Positions 28,998 to 39,984 of a stretch of DNA of 64,000 nucleotides are shown here, in pieces; within the stretch, counting starts at the first letter, position 1, and every line of letters starts with the position of its first letter. The stretch covers positions 17,029 through 81,028 of the forward strand of contig JAKFCT010000046.1 of the NCBI GenBank assembly GCA_036676495.1, in the 5' to 3' direction. The DNA is from Candidatus Sericytochromatia bacterium. Lineage in GTDB: Bacteria; Cyanobacteriota; Sericytochromatia; S15B-MN24; UBA4093. The notes below the pieces were generated by a model. It was given only the letters and a program-made list of their open reading frames with translations. It was not told where the DNA came from and did no database searches. A program made the translations under genes and the position numbers.

Positions 28998-29858
28998 ATG
29001 ACATGGCACTTCCTCATCACACTCCTCCTCGGCTTCGCCCTCGGCATGCACCTCGGCTCGGCCCGCCGGCGATCCGCGCATTTCCGATCGGCACGCCGAG
29101 CCACGCCCGAGCCGCCCCCGTGGGCCACTCCCCCGGAAGCGGACCCGCTCGACGTCCAGTTCCTCGACATCCTCTCGCATGAGCTCCGGACTCCGCTCTC
29201 CAGCATCCTCGGAGCCGCCGATCTCTTGCAGCAAGGCCTGGCGGGCTCCTTGACCCTCGAACAGCACTACTTCCTCGACAAGATCCTGCGCCAAGCCGAC
29301 GACATGCAAGGCTTGCTCAACGACCTCATCGACATGCGCCGGGCCCACCTTGGCAAGCTACACCTCATTCCCGGCCGGGTCCACCTCTCCCCCTTCCTCG
29401 AGGAAGCGCTCTCCGATCTCGCTCCGCTCGCCGTTCGAGCCTCGTTGCGCATGGTGATCCGGGTGCCGCCCGACCTTCCAGCCATCTGGGGAGACCCCGC
29501 GCGGCTGCGTCAGGTGCTCGGCAACCTGATCTCGAACGCCATCAAGTTCACGCCGGCGAGCGGGACGATCGCGGTTCGCGCCTGGGAAGCGGGAGCGCAC
29601 GTCCACATCGAGGTTCGCGACAGCGGCATCGGCATCGCCCAGCCGGATCACGCGAAGATTTTCGCACGATTCTGGCAACCCGAAGCGGGGCATGCCCAGG
29701 GAGGGCTCGGTCTTGGGCTCCCCCTCTGCAAAGCGCTCGTCGAGGCGCATGGAGGGCGTATCGAGGTGCGCAGCGAGCTCGGGAAAGGGAGCGCCTTCAC
29801 GATCAGCCTGCCCCAGGCGGAAGCTCGCCAGCCGCAGGCGGGATCACGGGCAAGGTGA
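28998..29858 (+). CDS. histidine kinase (single TM, HisKA-HATPase, no sensor domain)
   Basis: [29 protein letters not shown]. Confidence 0.92.
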   Translation: MTWHFLITLLLGFALGMHLGSARRRSAHFRSARRATPEPPPWATPPEADPLDVQFLDILSHELRTPLSSILGAADLLQQGLAGSLTLEQHYFLDKILRQADDMQGLLNDLIDMRRAHLGKLHLIPGRVHLSPFLEEALSDLAPLAVRASLRMVIRVPPDLPAIWGDPARLRQVLGNLISNAIKFTPASGTIAVRAWEAGAHVHIEVRDSGIGIAQPDHAKIFARFWQPEAGHAQGGLGLGLPLCKALVEAHGGRIEVRSELGKGSAFTISLPQAEARQPQAGSRAR

Positions 29859-30570
29859 ACCAGAAGGTGCTTCCCTGGCCCTGCCGGCTTTCAACCCCGA
29901 TCGCTCCCCCGTGCGCCTCGATGAAGGCCTTGCAGATCGCGAGACCCAGTCCAAGCCCGCCGGTTCGATCCGGGTGGATCTGCCCGAAAGCCTGAAAGAG
30001 CATGGCTTGCTCCTCCTCCGAAAGGCCCAAGCCCGTATCGGAGATCGTGACGAGCAAGTTGGCGCCGCGGCTCTCGGCAGCCACCCGGATATGGCCTCCG
30101 CCATGGGTGAACTTCACGGCATTCCCGATCAAGTTGGTAAGGACTTTGCTGAGCTTCTGGGCATCGCCCATGAAGACGGGAAGCGCGGGTGGGACCTCGT
30201 TCACGAGGACCTGGGAATTCGCCTCGGCCAGCGGATCCAGCGTCCGGATCGCATGGCCGACGAGCTCGGGAAAGTCGACCGGCTGCAAGACGAGCTGCAA
30301 GCGACCGGCTTGCAGCTCGCTCATGAGGAGCAGGTCGTTCACCATGATCGACAGGGACTGCGCGGAGACCGAGAGGCTGCGCATGAAGCCGAGCTGCTTT
30401 TCGTTCAACGGGCCGAGGATCTGCTCGGAGAAGAGCGGGATCGTCCCGATGATGACACTCAAGGGAGTGCGCAGCTCATGCGTGAGGTTGCTCAGGAAGG
30501 CCTCCGCCAGGTGACCGGTGCGGGGGGACGTCTCCGTGAGCGGCAAACGCTCGAACATGGAGGCCTCCAT
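29803..30570 (-). CDS. minimal cytoplasmic histidine kinase (HisKA-HATPase only)
   Basis: [29 protein letters not shown]; starts 2 nt after the cheW stop (alternative start 30558). Confidence 0.9.
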   Translation of the reverse strand: MEASMFERLPLTETSPRTGHLAEAFLSNLTHELRTPLSVIIGTIPLFSEQILGPLNEKQLGFMRSLSVSAQSLSIMVNDLLLMSELQAGRLQLVLQPVDFPELVGHAIRTLDPLAEANSQVLVNEVPPALPVFMGDAQKLSKVLTNLIGNAVKFTHGGGHIRVAAESRGANLLVTISDTGLGLSEEEQAMLFQAFGQIHPDRTGGLGLGLAICKAFIEAHGGAIGVESRQGQGSTFWFTLPVIPPAAGELPPGAG

Positions 30571-30572
30571 CC

Positions 30573-31028
30573 TTACGCGACCTCCAGGGCCCGGACCTCC
30601 TCCTGATTGAGGATGAGATCCAGGTCCAGGAGGATGAGCAACCGCCCTTCGAGCTTGGCGATGCCCCGGATGAAGCTGGCGTCGATCGCGCTGGTGACCA
30701 GCTCGGGGGCGGCCTCGACGGCGTCCGTCCCGAGGCGGAGGACCTCGCTCACCCCGTCGACGATCATGCCGACCGTCCGCCCGCCGATCGTCACGATGAT
30801 GATCCGGGTGCTCTTGGTCGACGGGTTCACCGCGAGGCCGAAGCGCTTTCGCAGATCGACCACGGGAATGATCTTGCCGCGCAGGTTGACCACCCCTTCG
30901 ACGAACGCGGCCGAGCGCGGCACCTTGGTGATCTCGGGCATGCGCACGATCTCCTGGACCGCCGCGATGTCGACCGCGAACTCCTCGGTGCCCAGGTTGA
31001 AGCTGACGAGCTGAAGAACGTCGGCCAT
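30573..31028 (-). CDS. cheW: chemotaxis coupling protein CheW
   Basis: LVSFNLGTEEFAV, GVVNLRGKIIPVVDLR, GMIVDGVSEV. Confidence 0.95.
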   Translation of the reverse strand: MADVLQLVSFNLGTEEFAVDIAAVQEIVRMPEITKVPRSAAFVEGVVNLRGKIIPVVDLRKRFGLAVNPSTKSTRIIIVTIGGRTVGMIVDGVSEVLRLGTDAVEAAPELVTSAIDASFIRGIAKLEGRLLILLDLDLILNQEEVRALEVA

Positions 31029-31029
31029 G

Positions 31030-33051
31030 TTACTTCCTCCCTCCGGTCAGCATGGGAGCCGGAGCCTGGGCGACGGCGCGCTTGAGTTCGCGGGAGGCCT
31101 GGCCGTCCTTGAAGAAGGCGATCGCCTCCATGAGCGCCTGGGCCTGAGATTGCAAGTCCACGGCCGCACGGGCGACGAAGCCCGTGGAGGTGGAGGTCTC
31201 GTGCGCCGCGCGGTTGATGGTCTCGACCGCCATGACGACCTGGTCTCCGCCCTTCTTCTGCTCGGTGGTGGCCACGGAGACCTGCTGGGTCATGCGGTTC
31301 ATGGTCTCGACGGCCTTGGTAATCTGCTCGGAGCCCTTGGCTTGCTCGCGCGTGGCGGACATGACCTCGTGCGTGAGGCGATTCATGGCGGCGACGGCCT
31401 CGGTGATCTGGCTGGCGGCCCGGCTCTGTTCCTGGGTGGCCTGACCGATCTGCGCGCCGACGATGGCGGATTGCTCGGCGGCTCCGACGATCACGCGGAT
31501 GGCCTCCCCGGCGCCTTGCGCCAGCTGGGTGCCTTCCTGGATGGCCGCCTCTCCATGCTGGGTGCTCGCGACGGCCTGCTCGGTCTCCTTCTGGATCCCC
31601 TTGATGAGGGTCGCGATCTCGCCGGTGGCCTTGGCGGAACGCTCGGCGAGCTTGCGGACCTCGTCGGCGACCACCGCGAAGCCCCGGCCGTGCTCGCCGG
31701 CCCGCGCCGCCTCGATCGCCGCGTTGAGGGCAAGCAAATTGGTCTGCTCGGCGATGTCGTCGATCACCGCGATGATCGCGCCGATCTCCTCGGAGGACTG
31801 CCCCAAGCGCTCGATGACGGTGACGACCTCGTCCATGACGTCATGGATCCGCTGCATACCGGTGATGGTCTGCTCCACGGCCTTGCTGCCCTCGCTCGCG
31901 GCCGTCGCGGTCCGCTGGGCGTTCTCATTGGCTTGCTTGGCGTTGCCCGCCACCTGCTGGACCGACGCGGCCATCTCCTCGATGCTGGCCGAGGTCTGGT
32001 TCACCGCCGCACCCAGGGCGTCGGCGTTGCTCGCCACTTGCTGGATGCTGGCGGCCATCTCCTCGATGCTGCTGGAGGTCTCCTCGACCGCCGCCGAGAG
32101 CGAGTGAACGTTGCCCGAGACCTGGGTGATGCTGGCTGCCATCTCCTCCATCGAGCTGGAAGTCTCCTCGACGGCCGAGGCCTGGTTCTGGGCCGCGTGG
32201 GCCATCTGCTCGGAGCTGGAGGAAATCTGGTCGGCTCCCGCCGCCACCGAGCTGGCCACCCCGCGCACCTGACCCACGATCTGCCGGAGGTTGTCGATCA
32301 TCGTCTGGAAACTGCGGGCCATGTCCCCCAGCTCGTCGTTCGTCTTGATCATGACCCGCTGATCCAGGTTCCCCTCGGCGAGACCCTCAGCAGCCCGCGA
32401 CACGGCCTGAAGTCCCGTCGAGATCTGGCGCGACAGGAAGAGGGCAATGCCCAACCCGAGCGCCAGGGCCAAGACCAAGAGGGCAAGGGTCAACATGCGG
32501 ACCTGCTCGTAGGTCGCCTTGCCGTTCTCGCTCTCCTCCTTGGCGCCCGCCTCGCGGCGCTGGGCGAAACCGGCCATGACCTCGTCGAGATCGTTGACGA
32601 GCACGCGGGCCTTGGCGGCCACCTCGATCGCCTGGGCATCCTCGTTGCGGCGCGCATGGGCGAGGATCCGCTCCTGCAGGGGGACGAACTCCGCCCAGAG
32701 CGCTTGATAGCGGCGGAAGTCCTGCTGGCCCTGCTCTCCGTAGATCAGCGGCTTGAACTTCTCCATCTGCTCCGTGAAGGCTCCCGCATACTTGACGACG
32801 GCCCGCGCGTGCTGATCGATCTCGCTGGGATCGCTCGCGAGGATCAGGTTCTTCTCGGCCCGCCCCCGGTAGATCAAGTTGAGGTTCGCTTCCTTGACGG
32901 TGCTGATGCCCATGGTCTGGTTCAGGTACATGGCGTCGAGCATGGCGCTGAATTCACCGAGCTTGACGATCGAAAATATCCCGATGATCGCCATGAGCAC
33001 GAGCACGCTGGCGAATCCCGTGAGCAACTTGGTTCCGATGGTGAGCCGCAT
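31030..33051 (-). CDS. methyl-accepting chemotaxis protein (4HB sensor, HAMP, extended signalling domain)
   Basis: TM-4HB-TM-HAMP; [37 protein letters not shown]; AAGGAGG RBS. Confidence 0.95.
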   Translation of the reverse strand: MRLTIGTKLLTGFASVLVLMAIIGIFSIVKLGEFSAMLDAMYLNQTMGISTVKEANLNLIYRGRAEKNLILASDPSEIDQHARAVVKYAGAFTEQMEKFKPLIYGEQGQQDFRRYQALWAEFVPLQERILAHARRNEDAQAIEVAAKARVLVNDLDEVMAGFAQRREAGAKEESENGKATYEQVRMLTLALLVLALALGLGIALFLSRQISTGLQAVSRAAEGLAEGNLDQRVMIKTNDELGDMARSFQTMIDNLRQIVGQVRGVASSVAAGADQISSSSEQMAHAAQNQASAVEETSSSMEEMAASITQVSGNVHSLSAAVEETSSSIEEMAASIQQVASNADALGAAVNQTSASIEEMAASVQQVAGNAKQANENAQRTATAASEGSKAVEQTITGMQRIHDVMDEVVTVIERLGQSSEEIGAIIAVIDDIAEQTNLLALNAAIEAARAGEHGRGFAVVADEVRKLAERSAKATGEIATLIKGIQKETEQAVASTQHGEAAIQEGTQLAQGAGEAIRVIVGAAEQSAIVGAQIGQATQEQSRAASQITEAVAAMNRLTHEVMSATREQAKGSEQITKAVETMNRMTQQVSVATTEQKKGGDQVVMAVETINRAAHETSTSTGFVARAAVDLQSQAQALMEAIAFFKDGQASRELKRAVAQAPAPMLTGGRK

Positions 33052-33463
33052 CCTTCCTCCTTGGTAAGCCTGCTGAATCGTCTCTTTCCAAGCAGCCAAA
33101 ACCCAGACCGGAAGGCGGTTATCGAGACCCGATCCGCCGGAGTTAGCCTGGCTTGCTGCGCTTAGAGAACGGTTGGGCCCAATCATAGGCACCGCGCCCC
33201 AGCTTCGAACAGAGCCGCTTGTCCTGACCTCTGGGACGTGAGGATCGCGCGGGATCGCGCCGCCTCAAAGCCAGTTTTCGCGCGAACCAGGAGGATATCA
33301 AAGCAAAAACGCCGCGTCGTCAGCGCCACCGAACCTGGACGACATGCTTCCTCAAGCCAGGATATTTGTCCCGGCGTTGCAAACGCAAACCGCCCCCCAA
33401 GTCAAAGTCCTTGGGCAGCGGCTCACGAAGTCTTTGGATTCGGCGGTCGATCCGACGGGAGGT

Positions 33464-35488
33464 TTACCCCTGCCGCGGACCGTTCAGCATGGGCAAGGCT
33501 TCCCGCTGGTTATCGAGGGCGGGGGCAGCGCTGGCCTGGGCGTCCTTGAAGAAGGCGATCGCCTCCGTCAACGACCGCGCCTGCGCTTGAAGGCCGGTGG
33601 CCGCCTGCGCGACGAGCCCGGTCGCGTTGGAGGTCTCCTGCGCCGAGCGGTTGATGCTCTCGACGGCCAGGACGACCTGGTCTCCGCCCTTCTTCTGCTC
33701 GGTGGTGGCCACCGCGACCTGCTGGGTCATGCGGTTCATGGACTCGACCGCCTTGATGATCTGTTCGGAGCCCTTGGCCTGCTCGCGGGTCGCCGCCAGA
33801 ACCGACTGGGTCAGGCGGCTCATGGAGTTGACCGCCTCGACGATCTGCTCGGCCGCGCGCTTCTGCTCCTGGGTGGCCTGCTCGATCTGAGCGCCGACGA
33901 CCGCACTCTGGCCGGCTTCCTTGACGATCGACTGGATGGCCTCGCCGGCGACCTGGGCGAGCTGGGTGCCCTCGGCGATCGCCGCCTCCCCTTGCTGCGA
34001 GGTCTTGATGGCCGCCTCGGTCTCCTTCTGGATGCCCTTGATCAGCCCCGCGATCTCGCCGGTGGCCTTGGCGGAGCGCTCGGCGAGCTTGCGGACCTCG
34101 TCCGCGACCACCGCGAAGCCCCGGCCGTGCTCGCCGGCCCGCGCCGCCTCGATGGCCGCGTTGAGGGCAAGCAAATTGGTCTGCTCGGCGATGTCGTCGA
34201 TCACCGCGATGATCGCGCCGATCTCCTCCGACGACTTGCCCAGGGTCTGGATGACCGTGGACACCTGGTTGGTGGCGGCGCTAATGCGCTGCATGCCCGC
34301 GATGGTCTGCTCCACCGCGAGGCTGCCGCGATCGCAGGCCGCCTTCCCGGCCTGGGCGTTATGGTTCGAGATCTCGGCGTTATGGGCCACCTGCTGGATG
34401 CTGGCGGCCATCTCCTCGATGCTGGCCGAGGTCTGGTTCACCGCCGCGCCCAGGGTCTCGGCGTTGCCGGCCACTTGCTGGATGCTGGCCACCATCTCCT
34501 CGATGCTGCTGGACGTCTCCTCGACCGCTGCCGACAAGGCATGGGCGTTGCCCGAAACCTGGGTGATGCTGGCCGCCATCTCCTCCATCGAGCTGGAGGT
34601 TTCCTCGACCGCCGCCGCCTGGGTCTGAGCCGCTTGCGCCATCCGCTCCGAGCTTCCCGAAAGCTGCTCGGCGCTGACAGAGACCGCGCGGGAGGCCCCG
34701 CGCACCTGAGCGACGATCTGGCGGAGGCTATCGATCATTCGCTGGACGCTCTTGGCCATGTCTCCCAGCTCGTCGTCCGATTTCACGTCGACCTGCTGAT
34801 CCAGGTGGCCGTACGCTAGAGCTTCGGCCGCATGGACGACCGCCCGGAGGCCCCGCGTGATCTGCTTCGACAGGAGCATGGCGAAGGCCGCCCCCATGAG
34901 CGCCGCGAGGATCATCAGGGCGATGGACCATGCCCGGGCCACCATGAAGCGGGCCTTGCCGGCGTCGCTTGCCGCCTTGGCATGCGCCTCCGCTCCTTGA
35001 GCCAAGCCGTTGAGCGCCGTGTTCAGGCGCATGCGCAGATCATAGGTCTGCGCCTGGAGCGCCAGGGCCTGGGCGTCCTCGTTGCGGCGCGCATGCGCCA
35101 GGGTTCGCTCTTGGAGCGGCACGATCTGCGCCCAGGTCTCCTGGTAATCGCGGAAGAGTTGCTTGCCCTTCTCGCTTTCGATCAAGGGCTCGAGCTTGTC
35201 CAGGTACTCCAGCGCCAGGCCCTCAAAGGTGGCGATGGCCTTGGCCTGCTCCTCGATGGCGGCGGCGTCGTCCGCATGGATCACGGCCAGCTCGCTGTAG
35301 GCCCGGTAGATCATGTTGAGGTTGGCTTCCTTGCTGAAGCTGATCGCCATGGCCTCGCGCGCGTACATCTCGTCGAGGCGATCGCTGAAATCCCCGATCT
35401 GGGTGACGGCATAGACGCCGTTGCCCAGGAAGACGAGAATGGTGGCGGCAAACGCGAGCTGGAGCTTTCGCCCGATGGTGAAACGCAT
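33464..35488 (-). CDS. methyl-accepting chemotaxis protein, tandem paralog
   Basis: Same architecture and a near-identical signalling tip as 31030-33051. Confidence 0.95.
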   Translation of the reverse strand: MRFTIGRKLQLAFAATILVFLGNGVYAVTQIGDFSDRLDEMYAREAMAISFSKEANLNMIYRAYSELAVIHADDAAAIEEQAKAIATFEGLALEYLDKLEPLIESEKGKQLFRDYQETWAQIVPLQERTLAHARRNEDAQALALQAQTYDLRMRLNTALNGLAQGAEAHAKAASDAGKARFMVARAWSIALMILAALMGAAFAMLLSKQITRGLRAVVHAAEALAYGHLDQQVDVKSDDELGDMAKSVQRMIDSLRQIVAQVRGASRAVSVSAEQLSGSSERMAQAAQTQAAAVEETSSSMEEMAASITQVSGNAHALSAAVEETSSSIEEMVASIQQVAGNAETLGAAVNQTSASIEEMAASIQQVAHNAEISNHNAQAGKAACDRGSLAVEQTIAGMQRISAATNQVSTVIQTLGKSSEEIGAIIAVIDDIAEQTNLLALNAAIEAARAGEHGRGFAVVADEVRKLAERSAKATGEIAGLIKGIQKETEAAIKTSQQGEAAIAEGTQLAQVAGEAIQSIVKEAGQSAVVGAQIEQATQEQKRAAEQIVEAVNSMSRLTQSVLAATREQAKGSEQIIKAVESMNRMTQQVAVATTEQKKGGDQVVLAVESINRSAQETSNATGLVAQAATGLQAQARSLTEAIAFFKDAQASAAPALDNQREALPMLNGPRQG

Positions 35489-35673
35489 ACTTCCTCCTAA
35501 GTCGGTCGCGCGCCCTTATTCCCCCTGATCTCTTGGAAACACCCGGATCAGAAGGAGGAAGAGGACTGGAAACGACCGCACCTACGGCGTTTCAGCGCGA
35601 GAGGCACCCTCAATCATAGGCAATTGCTGGCTCGCGCGCGTAAGTAGTTAGAAGGTATTTTTGGAAACGACGC

Positions 35674-36912
35674 CTAGTCGTAGAGCAGGTAGGGCTTGCG
35701 GGTCTCCAGGAATGCCGCTTCGTCTCGCTGCCAGGCCTTCACGATCGACTCGACGGGCGAGCCCGTCGTCAGTGCCTGGCGAAGCGAGGCGTTTCCGGCC
35801 ATCTGGTCGAAGCCCTTGGGCTCCAGCCTGAGCTTTCCGGGGTGCAGGCGCTGGATTTCCTCGAGCATGACGGCTCCGGTCCGCACCGCCTGGAAGCGAT
35901 CGCGATCCGTGAGACGGATCTCCACGCCCCGCTTCTCCCCGACCTGGGTGGCCAGGAAGGTCACGCCCGGCAGTTGTCGGGCGTTGAGGGCCTTCGCCAG
36001 CTTCTCCCCATCGATCCAGGGGGCGCCGACGCGTTCGAAGGGGCGATCGCCCATCCGGCAATCGACGTTGCTCGCCTCGAAGAGGCAGATGCCGGGGTAG
36101 AGTGCCGCCGTCGTCGGGCTGAGCATGGCGGGGCTGGGCTTGGACCAGGGCAGCCCGGTCGCCTCGAACCACATCCCGCGCTTCCAGCCCTTCATCGGCA
36201 AGACCGTGAGCTCGCAGCCGATGCCATACGCCTCGTTGAACAAGCGCGCCATCTCTCCCATGGTCATGCCGTGCCGCACGGGAATCGGGTAATACCCCAC
36301 GAAGGACGCGAGCTTGGGGTCGAGCCGGAAACCCTCCACTCCAACGCCGTTGATGGGGTTGGGGCGATCCAGGACGACGAAGGGCAAGCCGGCGTCTCGA
36401 GCGGCCTGCATGGCGAGCGCCATGGTCGAGGCATAGGTGTAGAAGCGCGCTCCGACGTCCGGCAAATCGATGACCAGGACGTCCAGTCCCTTCAGCATCT
36501 CGGGCGTGGGCTTCTTGGTGGGGCCGTAGAGCGAGTGAATGGGGATTTCGCTCTCATGCGTGCCGGACGCGATGTTGCCCTGGCGATCCGCCTTGAGACC
36601 ATGCTCGGGAGTGAGGATGGCCTCCACGCGCATGCGCGGATCGGCCAGCAAGCGGTCCAGCACTGGGACGCCCTCTCCATCGACGGCGGCGCGGTTGGTG
36701 ATGAGCCCGATGCGCTTGCCCGCGAGCAGGCTCGCCCGCTCTTTGAGCAAGAGGTCGACCCCGAGGGTCACCGGGGCGGCTTCCTGGGGGGTTCCCGCCG
36801 CTCCCCGGAGTGGCGTCGAGGGACGTGGGGCGACGGCCTGCGCGGAGGACCAGAGGGTAGGCGTGGCAAGGGGGACGGCGGCGAGGGCGGCGACGAGGAC
36901 GAGGCGCTTCAC
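35674..36912 (-). CDS. namZ: exo-beta-N-acetylmuramidase NamZ (DUF1343)
   Basis: IGLITN, PEHG, DVGARFYTY, LDRPNP, RHGMTMGE. Confidence 0.9.
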   Translation of the reverse strand: MKRLVLVAALAAVPLATPTLWSSAQAVAPRPSTPLRGAAGTPQEAAPVTLGVDLLLKERASLLAGKRIGLITNRAAVDGEGVPVLDRLLADPRMRVEAILTPEHGLKADRQGNIASGTHESEIPIHSLYGPTKKPTPEMLKGLDVLVIDLPDVGARFYTYASTMALAMQAARDAGLPFVVLDRPNPINGVGVEGFRLDPKLASFVGYYPIPVRHGMTMGEMARLFNEAYGIGCELTVLPMKGWKRGMWFEATGLPWSKPSPAMLSPTTAALYPGICLFEASNVDCRMGDRPFERVGAPWIDGEKLAKALNARQLPGVTFLATQVGEKRGVEIRLTDRDRFQAVRTGAVMLEEIQRLHPGKLRLEPKGFDQMAGNASLRQALTTGSPVESIVKAWQRDEAAFLETRKPYLLYD

Positions 36913-36913
36913 G

Positions 36914-37819
36914 TTACGGCCTCGGCTGCCGGCGCTCGGGGCGCTGGCCGTCCATCAGGCTGCGGGCGTCGAGGAAGGCGTTTTCGGGGACGATCATGAG
37001 GTTGGGGGACTGCTTGATGGCATCCGTCTTCATCTTGGCGATCTCGATCTGGGTGTACTGCTCGGGGGAGATGCCCAGGGCGGCGCGGGCCTTGGCGCGG
37101 CCTTGCGCCTCGATCAGGGCGGCATCGGCCTTCCCCTGGGCCTCGATGCGCATGCGCTCGGACTCCATGCGCGACTTCTCCAGGGCTTGCTTGGCAGCAA
37201 GCGTCTCCTGCTCGATCTGGGCCTTGGTCTCGACCGACTTCTTGATGGCCTCCGGCAAGGCGATGTCCGAGATGGCCACGGTCTCGATCCGCACGAAGTC
37301 GTCACCGATCCCGTCGATGTCCACGATGGCGTCCTTGAGGCCGGACTGCAGCACCTGCTTCATGAGGGAGGCGACGCGGGCGCCGCGGGTCTGGTAGACC
37401 TCGATGACGCCGGACTGGCTGAAGGCGTAGCCGGCCGCTTGCTGGATCACGGGCTCCCAGCGGGAGGCGACCAGGCCGCTATGGCCGTCGAAGGGCTTCT
37501 TGTAGCGCTCGTAAAGCTTCACGACGTTGTCGTTGCTCGTCGAGAAGTCCGGCTTGTACTGGACCCGCACGTCCACCGTGATCTCCTGGCCTTCCTTGGT
37601 GTTGACCCGGAAGTTGTCGAGGTTGATGTTGTCGACCACGGTCGGGAACTCGAAGACGCGGGTCCCGATCCCCACGAAGTGGAAGCCGGCGGCCAGCGGC
37701 TTTGGCGTGATCGCTCCACTGTAGACGTTGGTCTTGACGCCGACGGCGCCCGGTTCGATGGTCGCGCAACCGGTCAGGGAGAGGGCCAAGAGGGCGAGGA
37801 GAGCGGGCATGCGTTTCAC
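36914..37819 (-). CDS. SPFH/prohibitin family lipoprotein
   Basis: Lipobox LTG|C, IEPGAVGV, C-terminal AQGKADA coiled coil; GTG start with AAGGAGG. Confidence 0.85.
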   Translation of the reverse strand: MKRMPALLALLALSLTGCATIEPGAVGVKTNVYSGAITPKPLAAGFHFVGIGTRVFEFPTVVDNINLDNFRVNTKEGQEITVDVRVQYKPDFSTSNDNVVKLYERYKKPFDGHSGLVASRWEPVIQQAAGYAFSQSGVIEVYQTRGARVASLMKQVLQSGLKDAIVDIDGIGDDFVRIETVAISDIALPEAIKKSVETKAQIEQETLAAKQALEKSRMESERMRIEAQGKADAALIEAQGRAKARAALGISPEQYTQIEIAKMKTDAIKQSPNLMIVPENAFLDARSLMDGQRPERRQPRP

Positions 37820-38023
37820 GGGGGATCCTCCTTGTCGGGCCGCGCGGGGGTGGAAGGGCAGGGGCGAACGGAGACGGCCATCTTGGTTATACCCCGGCCC
37901 GAAGCGCCCTACCGGGGGGATCATGGTAGGATCGAGGCAGCGCCGACGACGGGCGTCACGTGCCTGCGGCCGCCCCGGCCCACATCATGGGTGAACGCTT
38001 TCACCACCTGTGAGGATGAGAAC

Positions 38024-39064
38024 TTGGAACTATTTGAACGCTGCCGATCCGTTTCCGCCCTGGCCATCGTCGGGACGGCCAAGAACGTCGGCAAGACCAC
38101 CACCATGAACTGGCTGATCGAGCGCTTCGAGGCGCAGGGGATTCGCCTGGGACTGACCTCGGTGGGGCGCGACGGGGAGGACCTCGACATGGTCACCGAT
38201 CGCCCCAAGCCGCGCATCACCCCGCCTCCGGGCACGCTGGTGGCGACCGCCCATCTTTCGGCTAAGCGCTCGTCGGCGCGCCTCAAGGAGGTCCGGCCGA
38301 CTCCCTTCCGGACGGCGATCGGACCGGTCTCCATCTACGAGGTCCAGACCTTGGGCACCGTCGAGGTGGCGGGGCCGGTCTCGATGGCCGATACGCGCCG
38401 GCTGGTGGAGATGCTCCGCGCGCTGGGAGCGCGCCAGGTGATCGTGGACGGCGCCATCGATCGCCGGGCGTCGGCCGCGTCGGACGTGGCCGAGGGCGTG
38501 ATCCTGGCGACCGGCCTGGCCCTCTCGGAGGATCCCGAGGAGGTCGTGCAGCGCACCATGGCGCATGTTCGCTGGCTACAGTTGCCGATCGCCCCCTTCG
38601 CGGTCCCGGATCAGGCCGGCGCGCTCCGCGCGGACGGCCGTTTCCATCCGTGGCCGGGCAAGAGCCTGCTCGAGCAAGGCTCGGAGCTGGCCCAGTGGCT
38701 TCCGTCCGATGCCAAGGCCCTGGTCATGCCCGGAGCCTTCACCGAAGCCATGGCGCGCGGCCTGCTGACACGGAAGGGATCCGCGCGGGAGCTGGCCGTG
38801 GTGGTTCCCGACGGGACGCATGTCCTGATGGAAGGCGAAGTCTTCGGGCTCCTCGAGGAGCAAGGGGTGACGGTCTACGCGTCGCGCCCGATCCAGTTGG
38901 TCGCGGTGACCCTGAACCCCACCAGCCCGCAAGGGGCGTCGACCGATCCGGTGACGTTCCTGGAGCGGATGCAAGCGGAACTGCCGGACGTGCCGGTTTT
39001 CGACCTGGTGCTGGAACGAGAGCGCGCGGCCTCAGGAGCGATCGATGGAGCGATCCGGAGGTAA
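38024..39064 (+). CDS. kamB: lysine 5,6-aminomutase reactivase subunit KamB-like
   Basis: AIVGTAKNVGKTT, GLTSVGRDGE, VDGAIDR, ILATG; lies next to kamDE; TTG start inferred from GAGGA RBS. Confidence 0.7.
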   Translation: MELFERCRSVSALAIVGTAKNVGKTTTMNWLIERFEAQGIRLGLTSVGRDGEDLDMVTDRPKPRITPPPGTLVATAHLSAKRSSARLKEVRPTPFRTAIGPVSIYEVQTLGTVEVAGPVSMADTRRLVEMLRALGARQVIVDGAIDRRASAASDVAEGVILATGLALSEDPEEVVQRTMAHVRWLQLPIAPFAVPDQAGALRADGRFHPWPGKSLLEQGSELAQWLPSDAKALVMPGAFTEAMARGLLTRKGSARELAVVVPDGTHVLMEGEVFGLLEEQGVTVYASRPIQLVAVTLNPTSPQGASTDPVTFLERMQAELPDVPVFDLVLERERAASGAIDGAIRR

Positions 39065-39439
39065 GGTTCCGGCGCGCTGGAGGACGGCGTCGATGGTCGC
39101 GATCAGCTCGCGGCGCCGGAAGGGCTTGACGACGTAGCCATCGGCGCCGGCTTCCAGCGCCTTGTCCTGGTCCTCGGGGCGGGCATGCGCCGAGATGCAG
39201 ATCACGGGGAGATCCCGGGTGCCGGGAGCCTCGCGTAGCCGCGCGAGCACGGCATAGCCATCCATGTGGGCCATGTGAAGATCGAGCAGCATGGCGTCGA
39301 TGGCCGGACCTTGATCCAGGAAGGCCAGGGCCTCGAGCCCGTTGGCCGCCTCGAAGGCCTGATGCCCCAGGTGGCTGAAGATAGCGAGCAAGAGTTGCCG
39401 ATTGAGGGCTTCGTCCTCGACGATGAGAAAATTGAGAAT
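39032..39439 (-). CDS. single-domain response regulator (CheY/DivK-like)
   Basis: LIVEDE, LLDLHM, ISA, VKP; start uncertain (ATT at 39439 with RBS, or TTG at 39529). Confidence 0.85.
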   Translation of the reverse strand: MLNFLIVEDEALNRQLLLAIFSHLGHQAFEAANGLEALAFLDQGPAIDAMLLDLHMAHMDGYAVLARLREAPGTRDLPVICISAHARPEDQDKALEAGADGYVVKPFRRRELIATIDAVLQRAGTLPPDRSIDRS

Positions 39440-39603
39440 GGACGGATCTCCTGATGCGAGCGGCGCTCCCGCGGCCGCGTTCGAAGGGCTGTAAAGAAAA
39501 TTCCACCGGGCGATATCCGTTGCTATCAATATCTTACTGTCTCATCTTGTCTCACGCTACCCGAAAAACCTGAAATCGTCCCTGCGGGCGTGTTAACAGC
39601 TTG

Positions 39604-39633
39604 TTGACACCTTGGAAGCCTTGCGGCTACTAT
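39604..39633 (+). promoter_or_regulatory. sigma70-type promoter
   Basis: TTGACA-N18-TACTAT upstream of the HTH gene. Confidence 0.6.
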
Positions 39634-39654
39634 GGCTGGCGGAGGCTTGTTTGC

Positions 39655-39849
39655 ATGATCAATTCCCTGCTGACGATCAAAGACGTGATGACCCGGCTCC
39701 AGGTAAGTCGCGCCACGATTTATCGGCTGATCGCGCGGGGCGAGCTCAAGCCCTTCAAGATCGGACGTTCGCTCCGATTCGACGAACATGACCTCGACAC
39801 CTTCATCGCCCGCAAGAAGGACGCTCCGCCTCCCAGGTCCCTCGAGTAG
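39655..39849 (+). CDS. excisionase/AlpA/BldC-like small HTH DNA-binding protein
   Basis: LLTIKDVMTRLQVSRATIYRLIARGEL..KIGRSLRF; GGAGG RBS. Confidence 0.88.
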   Translation: MINSLLTIKDVMTRLQVSRATIYRLIARGELKPFKIGRSLRFDEHDLDTFIARKKDAPPPRSLE

Positions 39850-39984
39850 CCTCCCGCGCCCGACTTTCCGGGACGCGACGGACGTGAGATAATGGGCGCG
39901 GGCCGCTGGCCCTTGCCTGTTGACTTTTCCCCGCGCCGCGGGGTGCCGTCAACGCCGCCCCATTTCGACTAAGGGACCCTGACG

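Noticed and set aside
33052-33180. c-di-GMP riboswitch in the MCP leader
   Set aside because: No GEMM-I or c-di-GMP-II consensus motifs seen
36539-38023. N-terminal ~495 codons of the 841-aa ORF
   Set aside because: Antisense to namZ and the SPFH gene; only the KamB-like part from 38024 has an RBS and motifs
39655-39849. Excisionase as a prophage or ICE marker
   Set aside because: No integrase, tRNA target, att repeats or phage genes in the window
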